The notes under the pieces: generated by a model
The model's database searches: none
What the model was told of the DNA's origin: nothing
Seen by the model: the letters and a program-made list of their open reading frames with translations, nothing else
Assembly (NCBI GenBank): GCA_963837175.1
Contig: CAWIMJ010000008.1
Span: 58,946-122,945 of the forward strand
Direction of reading: 5' to 3'
Length of the DNA: 64,000 bases
Source: an uncultured Nitrososphaeraceae archaeon
Lineage (GTDB): Archaea; Thermoproteota; Nitrososphaeria; Nitrososphaerales; Nitrososphaeraceae
Made by a program: the position numbers and the translations under genes
In this document: piece by piece, positions 23,531-32,782 of the stretch
Numbering within the stretch: the first letter of the stretch is position 1
Layout of the letters: every line of letters starts with the position of its first letter

Positions 23531-23750
23531 TTGATGTGATAGTATTAGAGTTAAAAAATTTCATATTAACCTTTGTTTTTTTCTATCCTTCACCAGACTA
23601 TTTTCTAACAACAATAAAATAGGAGCGAGATACTTGTGCCTGAATTGGATATTAACTCAAATTATGTTCTTTACTGACTAACAAAAGTTAGTTATATTGT
23701 TTATCTTTTTATGTACTAAATATTTAGATTGGTAATATTTATTATTTTTA

Positions 23751-23867
23751 TACTGCCTAACATAATTTCGTATATCTTTTAAAACTAAGTTAAAGGATTT
23801 TTTAAACATAGTAAATCTTACATATTAAGAAAAATCTGTAAACGAACTTTTGTTAGTTAGTATAGTA
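23751..23867 (+). repeat. Solo IS630 end, exact inverted copy of 18674-18790
   Basis: 117 bp TACTGCCTAACATAATTTCG...TGTTAGTTAGTATAGTA matches the reverse complement of 18674-18790. Confidence 0.92.
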
Positions 23868-24059
23868 ATTGTGTGATTGATGTACTATATGTCTACTTAA
23901 TTTCTTTTAAATTAGCCCATGATTTAATTCCTAATTTCCTTTCTTCTCATTCTCAGACATTGTTTTATACTACAAGTTGCATTACCAAATATGGCGCATC
24001 TTAATATCTTGATAGATGATAGATAATCTATTGACTTGTTTGTATGAATAAAGTCAATA

Positions 24060-24179
24060 CTATTTTCTATTGTGTTCCAATTGATATTCTACTCCGCATT
24101 GCTCTGAACAAAACTCATTGGAATTGCTTTCATCCTTAATATCATCACCACAGTTTTTACAGATCCCTTTTTTATTCAT
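24060..24179 (-). CDS. 39-aa putative metal-binding microprotein (CxxC...FCSxxC)
   Basis: MNKKGICKNCGDDIKDESNSNEFCSEQCGVEYQLEHNRK; below the ORF-track cutoff. Confidence 0.6.
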   Translation of the reverse strand: MNKKGICKNCGDDIKDESNSNEFCSEQCGVEYQLEHNRK

Positions 24180-24847
24180 AATAGTTAAGACAGTAGATTT
24201 TATTATTACATCTTTCTATCATAAGCCTTATTCTACTACAATATAACATATAGGCAGGGAAAAAATAAGAAGGGGGAAATACTAACAAAGTATCAGTAGG
24301 AAAAAATGGAGTCAACACTATCAGAAGCAATGTGACACTTTACAAAAGTGATGTTTGATTCTCTGACCAAAAAAGAGATGTGTTATACCAATATTGTACA
24401 AGCTACAAAGGAGTATGTGATGAATCCTCAATCTTATTTATCGATCCTAAATCTCTATTATAGGGGATATTACGTTCAATATGTCCGATCCTCCAGAACT
24501 TACCATCCACCTTCTTCTTTATAGTAACGCTTTTAAAAGCACTGAAGTACCTTAGATCCTGTAATTGTGCATTCGAACGGTGTAGAATGAGAGCAAATAA
24601 AAGTGACAGAAGTACAAAAATACAAAAATTATATCTCCAAAGGAAATGAAAGATCATCTGAAGTGATAGAAAGAGTACACCCAATAGCGTCTGAAAAGTC
24701 TTGATTGCAATTTTTTGAAGAATAAATTCCCCCGGAAGAACTCTTGTGTTATATGTGTCTTTTGACTCATGCTGAAAGATGCATATGTGCATCATTTGAT
24801 TAAGATATAGCAATATTATAAAATGATAATATTAGATAATGTAACAA

Positions 24848-25351
24848 ATGAAGTTATATCGGAAATTAACATTAATTACTGCAATTCTCGGTCTTGTCAT
24901 TCCATTATTAGGGGTTTTTGCTTATGTTTTTATAAATAGTCTGACTGGTATTCCAGTTTTAGCTCTTTTCTTAGGTACCGCAGTCCTTATTGCGATTGTG
25001 ATAATTGCAATTAACGTAGCAGCTATTGTCGTTGTATTTTATATAGCGAATACAAGACTAGTAGGAATTATACTTATTTCTTGTGGAATTCTTCTGTTTC
25101 TAACAGTACAAATATGGGGTATTCCAGGACTAGCATTGTATGTAGTATCAGGTATAATAGCATTAAGAGAAAAGCCAACTCCTCATTCTAGAAAGTATAT
25201 AATCAAATGTCTTACATGTGATAAAGAACTAAAAGGTACTAACAATGCTGACTTTGCCAAAGATCATTTAATTGATAATCCTACTCATTTAGAATATAGA
25301 GTATTTGTAGAAATCCTTTTTACCCCAGATACAACTAGGAAATTTTCTTAA
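24848..25351 (+). CDS. Multi-pass membrane protein with C-terminal C2H2-like motif
   Basis: About four hydrophobic helices, then CLTC...KDHLIDNPTH. Confidence 0.7.
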   Translation: MKLYRKLTLITAILGLVIPLLGVFAYVFINSLTGIPVLALFLGTAVLIAIVIIAINVAAIVVVFYIANTRLVGIILISCGILLFLTVQIWGIPGLALYVVSGIIALREKPTPHSRKYIIKCLTCDKELKGTNNADFAKDHLIDNPTHLEYRVFVEILFTPDTTRKFS

Positions 25352-25599
25352 ATTATACCATTAGGGAAAGTAAAACACTATCTTTTCCTTTCCTATATAT
25401 CTACTGCGTTCATCTCTCATGTTATTCACAAAATAGAAAGCATGTAAATCTTAATAAATGAAATTGATGGTTTTGATATATAAAACCGACCACTTATTTT
25501 TGCATGATAATCTTTCAGTAATTTACCTCATATAGACAGAAGCTAAAATCAGCGTTGCTGGGATTCGACATAGTTGTAATATCATAATTTTGTGGATAA

Positions 25600-26345
25600 A
25601 TCATTGCCAGATCTTAATTATTCACTCCTTTCAAAGGTATACTAGCATTAATTGTGCTGGCCACGTGTTCCACAACGTTTTACAGATTTTGAAACTTTTT
25701 TCAAAATATCATTACCATCTGCTCACAAGTATATCTAATCGATTTTGTAATACTTGTGCTCATAAAGTCCATACCAGTAAAATGAATTGGATCTTGTAGG
25801 TTGCCAGTCCATCCAATATAACGATTCATTAAGTCAAAGATCATTGTATACCTAAACATCTTTTGGTATTCGATCTGGATATCAAATCTACCTGACGGTG
25901 GTAGTAATAATCGTCATAGTTGTGCCTACTGTATCTAATGAAAGCAAATGTTATCATTGCTAAAGTTATCTTTGACAAAAATTGAATCTGTAAAACCATA
26001 AACAGCTTCTAAACCAAATTTTTCAAGTGCAGTCTTTTTCATGAATCTATGGAACTTTCTGGCTATGAATGTTATGAGTTCTGCGACACGATGATCACTA
26101 AACGCAATATATGAATTTTCAAATACTCCTTAAAATGAATTCGCAAAAACTTTGGCAGATACCTGCAAACTGTCTTATTTTGAGAGAAGTTGCTTATCCT
26201 CCTCTTCAAATCGTTGAATGTCATTATTATTGTGTTGCCTATCTACAGTAACAACATCATCAACTTTGTGTTTTTCTAATTCGGATTTGATAGATGATGA
26301 TTTGTCCGTTACAAACATTATGGCATCATCAAAACAGGTACATTT
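25600..26345 (-). pseudogene. Family B DNA polymerase fragment
   Basis: LQVSAKVFANSF*GVF (motif B), RVAELITFIAR, YGFTDSIFV (motif C); multiple stops; boundaries approximate. Confidence 0.8.
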
Positions 26346-26366
26346 GTAAATAAAAATAACTTCATC

Positions 26367-26474
26367 AGGCCAAGGAGATTGCGGCAGGAATCATTTTTCT
26401 TGAGTCCGGATGCATCCTTCATCACAGGCACGGTGATAGACGTAGATGGTAACCAGAACGCCTCATCGCGTTAG
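26367..26474 (+). pseudogene. SDR oxidoreductase C-terminal fragment
   Basis: EIAAGIIF / LSPDASFITGTVIDVDG; GC-richer than flanks. Confidence 0.65.
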
Positions 26475-26717
26475 CCGGAGTGTAATCGACGTCTAATGCC
26501 GTCATAACATCATCATCATCTTTATTATCACTATATTTACTGCCTGTCAGGAAGTCTTGTTTCCCATCATCATCATCATATCCATGGTGCTTTGGGAAAT
26601 CATTACTACTATAGCACTTTAATCAACTGCTTTTTCTCCGCATGTTTGATTAGCAGCTTTTGCTGCTGCTGCATCTAAACCTGGTATAGTAGTAGTTGGT
26701 GGTGGTAGTAGTAGGGG

Positions 26718-27227
26718 TTATGATACTGTAGAAACCACAGAGACTGTGTTTGAACCAGCATTGGCCACATATACCAAGCCATTAGTTGGGTTAATAGCAA
26801 CTCCGGATGGACCTTCACCAACAGGTATAGTAGCAATTACTGTGTTAGTTGCAGGATCTATTACAGAGACAGTGATGTAATTAGCATTGGCCACATATAC
26901 CAAGCCACTAGTTGGGTTAATAGCAACTCCAAATGGACTATTACCAACAGGTATAGTAGCAACTACTGTGTTAGTTTTAGGATCTATTACAGAGACAGTG
27001 TTTGAATCAGAATCAGAATTGGCCACATATACCAAGCCACTAGTTGGGTTAATAGCAACTCCAAATGGACTTTTACCAACAGGTATAGTAGCAATTACAG
27101 AATATCCCTGTGCATTAGCTGTACCTATTTCTAAAGGAAATACTATAGTAGATATCAGCAATGTCATAGTTAAAAGTGAAAACAATATAAGAGAAATGGT
27201 CGTTTTCATTGGGGTTTCATTACTCAT
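26718..27227 (-). CDS. Secreted YVTN beta-propeller repeat protein (3 repeats)
   Basis: Signal peptide plus three near-identical ATIPVG-xP-GVAINP-xGLVYVAN repeats, also conserved at DNA level. Confidence 0.9.
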   Translation of the reverse strand: MSNETPMKTTISLILFSLLTMTLLISTIVFPLEIGTANAQGYSVIATIPVGKSPFGVAINPTSGLVYVANSDSDSNTVSVIDPKTNTVVATIPVGNSPFGVAINPTSGLVYVANANYITVSVIDPATNTVIATIPVGEGPSGVAINPTNGLVYVANAGSNTVSVVSTVS

Positions 27228-27559
27228 TATAAATCATCTTGTTATAGGCAGCAACAACTGCTAAATTCTAGCATTTATGACAAGGAAATGATATATATAT
27301 TATTTATAGTTTTATAATGTATTTTCTGCTGTTTGTTCAATTGCTCTGCGATGTTTTTTTGTACTTGTAAATATAATAGAATAATCGCACAGGGTGGCGT
27401 ATATACATATACAGTATATGGATACCATTTCTTTGTCTTTACTAGATACTCCAATTTCTGACGTTTACCACCACCACCATCAGCATAGTACCAGTCCCAA
27501 ACAATCGAATAATTCTACTTCTTAGCCGTTTCATTACATTACATAAAGAATCAGCCTTT

Positions 27560-27760
27560 GTGAGTTTTCTTTTTCTAAAATCAAAGCTTAAGGCATATCT
27601 GAATATCGAAATAGATCAAGTAGATGATCCTTTAAAGAAATCAAGAGATGTTAAGGATATAGGTCATTATTCAAGTGGTAAAACAGAAGTAATTATTAAA
27701 GGAAAAAGTGAAATCCCATATGCATTATCTCTTATAAAACAAGCATATGAAAGAAGTTAA
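27560..27760 (+). pseudogene. DUF5655-like C-terminal fragment
   Basis: DDPLKKSRDVKDIGHYSSGKTEV...LIKQAYE; N-terminus missing. Confidence 0.65.
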
Positions 27761-27925
27761 AACTCCTATTATTAGATGTTCACAAAACGTCATAGAATGG
27801 TTTTCCATAAGTTGATAGTTTTATTCTATTTAGCCAAGTTTTGAACCTTGGCCATTGTTAAAATATACGTTGACACGTCAACAAACTTTGGATAAATAGT
27901 TTCGAGACATAATTATTCTGTTGTA

Positions 27926-27978
27926 TTCTGGGTGGTAAAATAGAGTCGAATTTGTCCCGCATTCCACCGAACCCGCTA
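27926..27978 (+). repeat. CCACCGAACC-core site, type A
   Basis: 44/53 identical to 39718-39770. Confidence 0.9.
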
Positions 27979-28202
27979 CGATATCAGTTCTTTTTGTTGC
28001 ATTTTTCAGAAAATTCCTTGACAGGAAGGAGTAGTGATATAACAGTGGAGTAAAGAGATAAAAGAGATACAGCGCCGCAGTATCGCTGTCATCTGTGATT
28101 TACACGATTATAATATAGGTTCATGTATTAGCCTTACCGCTACACCCGTCCCACCTTTGATATATCTACAATAGTCGCCAAGAGAGTTACCCAAAATTGC
28201 GA

Positions 28203-28469
28203 CTATGTGTGGTCCCGACTAGATCTGTCCTGCAATCCCTTTTCCGTTACATTCCATAATCTATATTCTGCATGGCTTGGTCTGGGGAATGCTTCTTTAA
28301 CTAAATTCAGCCATTCTAATTCATCTAGGTGATTCCTTACCTCTACATCTGGAAGTCCGCTATGTGAAATTATCTCAGTCTCAAGAACATCCTTCTTAAC
28401 GTCATTCTGCGATAAGTCTGCAACGATATCGAGAATTCTCCTTAGTTCAGACTTAATCATTGTTATCAC
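28203..28469 (-). CDS. Small winged-helix protein
   Basis: EVRNHLDELEWLNLVKE...WNVTEKG. Confidence 0.65.
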   Translation of the reverse strand: MITMIKSELRRILDIVADLSQNDVKKDVLETEIISHSGLPDVEVRNHLDELEWLNLVKEAFPRPSHAEYRLWNVTEKGLQDRSSRDHT

Positions 28470-28797
28470 CTCATGGGGTTATTAAGAATTTAAAGGTATG
28501 ATCTTTATTGTTGAATTTCTCGTCTTACACTTCTCTGGTAGGAAGTATTATCACTTAACTCGACACGCATCACCTGATTTACGTCCTTTACGCCCAGATG
28601 AGAGAAACAGCACTGCTATGCGACATATTAAAGTTTTTAAACAAGGCTCTAAGTTGCAGAAAACTTTTTACCTAGCTTGACTCCTGCTAATTCTGAAACT
28701 TTTTCAAAGAACCAATATCGGTATGCACTCCCTTGGGCCCAAATCAATCTTGTCGCTTTATTTAGGCCCACTCTGTAATACTATATGATAAAATAAG

Positions 28798-29433
28798 TTG
28801 TCTGTAATCGAAGAAGAACAACAAGATCCTATGACTGTATTTCTGTACGCTCTAAAAGCTCCTGAAACAAAAAGACAGTGGCCACGGAGATTAAAGGTGT
28901 TCCTTGATTTCTTAAAACTTGACGGCATCACGATAAAAGAAAAGGCTAAACAATTTATGATAAAAGCACAGCTGAATCCACGATGGGCTCAGGACAACTT
29001 GATGAAGTTCATAGCTTTTCAAATAGAAAGGGCAAGACGAAATGAAATATCAGAAACTACTATTTCAAATTATTATAAAGCGGCTAAGTTATTTTGTGAA
29101 ATGAATGATCTATCACTAGGTTGGAAGAGAATAAGACGTGGCATAACACGAGGAAGAAGAGCAGCTAATGATAGAGCTCCAACAATGGAAGAAATACAGA
29201 AGCTAGTGGAATATCCAGACAGGCGGATTAAAGCAATTATCTACACTATGGCTTCATCAGGAATTAGAATTCGTGTTTGGGATTACCTACAGTGGAAACA
29301 TGTAACTCCTATTACCAATAGTGTTGGAGAAGAAATCATTGCTGCTAAATTATTGATTTATCCAGGAGATCACGAAGAATATTATACTTTTATCACTCCA
29401 GAGGCTTACATCAAAAGGCAATCCAACCTATAA
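28798..29433 (+). pseudogene. Tyrosine recombinase/integrase, C-terminally truncated
   Basis: SAM-like N-domain (YALKAPETKRQW, TISNYYKAAKLFCEMND), DRAPTMEEIQK, MASSGIR (catalytic Arg); lacks HxxR and Tyr. Confidence 0.88.
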
Positions 29434-29494
29434 TATTGAAGATCGATGTGGTGATTTTATTAATAAATATTATTAGATCCAAAACCTGTGAAGA

Positions 29495-29690
29495 TATGTA
29501 TAATATCGCCGGTATCCCCGAATCCCCGGAATACTATAAATTGAGTTCATTTTAGGTTCAATTCTACCGGTGATATCACCGGGGATATTATATTCCAATA
29601 AGTCATATATCACCGGCTAAGAATGGATAAATTCACGCCCAAATTTATCAATCCGGTGATACCGGTTATACCGGAGATATTATCCATACT
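29495..29690 (+). repeat. CCGG-rich short repeats (CCGGTGATA-CCGGTTATA-CCGGAGATA and related)
   Basis: Numerous CCGG/CCCCG units in AT-rich context; three tandem 9-mers at about 29653-29679; palindrome CCGGTGATATCACCGG. Confidence 0.7.
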
Positions 29691-30164
29691 TCTTTTACTT
29701 CTACATCTGTTATCTCATTATACAAGCGACAACAATAAAAGGAAATTTCCAGAGGCGTTTACCATTAAGGACATTCAGTATCTGCAACTGCAAAATGTCC
29801 TCTGAAGAGAGACAATGGTTCATGCTTCAATCCTCATGTAGAACTTATCTTTTATTAAAATACAATAATATGGAAAAGACCTCATAAGATTACATCATCG
29901 GTGGTAATTCAATTTGTACGTAAAAACCAGGAAGATAAAAAGGATATTATATATTATATCGAGATATAATTTAAAAGAAATTCATTGCAATATTTAGTAT
30001 ACCTATAACAGCATTATAACAAATACTTTGAATTCAAATACCGTGCAGTAGTAACAGTTGAAAACAGATGATAACAGAGGTAACAAAGTGATATCAATGA
30101 TAACAAAATTGGTATCAAATGATAACAATAACAATAGCTTTAAGCTTCCATCATATTATATTCC

Positions 30165-31288
30165 TTGAAAAGAAAAGATATGACGATATTAACAAGACAG
30201 GAAAAAGAAAGACTTGTACTAGATCTTTACAACCAAGATAAGACTTATCGTGAAATATCTAAGGAGGCAAGACTATCTCCACGTGATATAGGAGTTATTT
30301 TGAATAGGGTAATTGAAGAGAAGACAGAAGGATTAAAAGAAGAACGACAACAACAAGATAATAACGATGCTGAGAATAACTAAGAAGATTAACAACACCT
30401 ATCACTTTCCACTCAAGCATACAAACTCTTTTCTGAAGGTAAGACCCCATTAGAAGTAGCTATTGCATTAAACCTAAGTGAGTCAGAAGCAACTAAATTC
30501 TGTAGAGAGTATTGGAAGCTAACCAGCTACACAGTCTGAATATAGTTTATGAAGAGACTAAAGGTGATATCGACCCATTTCTAATGTTATACAAATTAGC
30601 TAAGAGAAAAGGTATGGGTATCCAGCAAGTTGTTAATGTTCTTGCAATTGCTAACAATGATTTACCAGCAATTGAAGAGCAACTTAAAAGGCTAAGAAAT
30701 GATATAAGCGCACTGGAATTTCAAAAAGGTATAGATGAGAGAAATTTACACCACTTGAATAATCAAATAGCATCAACAACTAAGCTCTTGAATTCTTTTC
30801 GTATGTCTTGTAAAAGAGAAATAAGAGAAATGGAACATCTACAGAATGAAAAGGCAAGACTCGAGGCTACTGTAACTCAATTTAAGAATAATAATGAAGA
30901 ATACCTTGATAAAATAAAACTGGCAGCTTATGAAGAAGTGGGAAGTGTATTAAATGACAGTAAATTACTATTGAAAGTTGCTACTCTCTCAATAATTGAA
31001 TCATTAAGAAGGAACTCTGAATTATATAATTTTGTGTTGTATGATACTTCAGTTCAAACTGCTTCTGCTGCTTATGGATCTAACTATCTTTCATTAATGT
31101 CAGGACGAGAGCAGTATCAACAAGCATTTAATGATACCTATACTGCTTTGATATTAGAAGAGGCTGAAAAGCTTTACAATGACTTGACAACAAAATTGAC
31201 AAATGACGTTATGGCAGCAGCTGCAGCGATGAGGGCATCATCGTTACGATCACTACCAGCTAATAACACAACCGGAAACTACCTATAA
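30165..31288 (+). pseudogene. HTH + coiled-coil protein of an integrative element (copy 1, disrupted)
   Basis: KERLVLDLYNQDKTYREISKEARLSPRDI; after stops continues STQAYKLFSEGKTPLEVAIALNL; frameshift into ORF 30512-31288. Confidence 0.8.
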
Positions 31289-31927
31289 GATTGATAAGAA
31301 TGATGAAATAGAAGAACCGAGATATAATAATAATTGATCAAAAATTTATAACGATGACCAGCAACTACCAAATGAATAATGATAAATAGATATTATCAAC
31401 AATGCTATCAATAGAAGATTATAATTCATTTCTTATACTAACCAAATAGAATATTAAGCTGGTTTAATTAAAGAAGAGAGTACATCAGAATTAAGATATT
31501 GGGTGGGAATTGTTCCGTATTCTTACCATAATATTCAGAACACGATTTCTGTTCCCATTACCCAAAGGTCTTTTGAGGTACTTCTAGACATAGTAATTAT
31601 ATTATATAATAATTTCCTTTAACAATATACTATATGTTAGGAATATATCGATTTATCACCTTAGAAGGCAACACGCCGCATATAATTAGAACGTGGGAGA
31701 AATAATGAGAAATTGTGCCAATGAAGATAATAATAACAATAATGAGATGTGATGTCCTTAATCATAGATCATAATGATGATGGAAATGAGTTAAAAGAAC
31801 ACTTAACGTCAAATATAATATTGTAAATAAGAAAGTTTAATGGTGTAAAAGCAAAGTATTAGAATAATTAGTTTCTACCCTAGAGAAGTGTGATATAGTA
31901 TTACTTAAACTAGTCAAGTGACAGCTA

Positions 31928-32214
31928 GGCTCTGTTCACTTAACGATAAATCTATAGCGTGAAGATGTCCTATCTCTTCTTTTTATGAATACAAGAAACA
32001 GAACATCTTCAGAATATATTGGCTATGGTCTATATTTTTATTTTTCAGGTCTTTCATTAAGAAAGACATCTGAAAGATTATCGTCTTGTTTTATAAAGAG
32101 AGAAATTATGTATCTGTTTGGAATTGGATTCAAAAGTACAAGCCAAAGAAGAAGATATTGCCAAAACGAAATAAAATACAGGAATTCACAATAGTAGATG
32201 AAACACTGATTTAA
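31928..32214 (+). mobile_element. IS6-family left end and transposase 5' fragment
   Basis: TIR-like GGCTCTGTTCACTTAAC; LYFYFSGLSLRKTSERL, frameshift, VSVWNWIQKY...VDETLI. Confidence 0.82.
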
Positions 32215-32617
32215 GTCAGTCAGCCAGTAATGTTACGTATGGGTTTGGTTAAATCCATGACGTTATAGCAAGAACAATATTTTTATTATTACAAAATTAT
32301 CCCTAGTAACATATCGGACATTGTACTCTACACAAGATCTTAAACACAACCATATACTGTGAGAAGGCTAAAGAATATAATTGAAAGATGCTCCGATAAG
32401 CTATATGCGGACGAGCATCTTCTCTGAGAATTGTCTTAGAATGACTAAAACACCATAAAAGTTAGGGAAATTTGGAGGTACCATATTTTGCTATTCGTCT
32501 CGTTGAATAATAATAAACTAGAATTCTATAAGATTTATTTTCTTCCACAGGCTTCTTTTACAGTCAAACCGGTCTCGCATTCACCGGTAGTAGCACATGG
32601 CATAGTGTTGCATTTGA

Positions 32618-32658
32618 AAATGGATTACATACACTAGTGTATTGCATCCCACCGAACC
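32618..32658 (+). repeat. CCACCGAACC-core site, type B
   Basis: 32 bp identical to 44813-44844; contains palindrome ATACACTAGTGTAT. Confidence 0.9.
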
Positions 32659-32782
32659 TGGGAATTAAATTCTATAACTACTATCTATTTTTTCGAAGTC
32701 GAAATATTTTTGTTAATTCCTCTTAGAATTAAAAAAGTAATATGAAATACAATGAAATGATCTTACGAAAAACATTAAATAC

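Noticed and set aside
26761-27098. Repeated ~130-bp DNA units as an array
   Set aside because: Fully explained by YVTN protein repeats.
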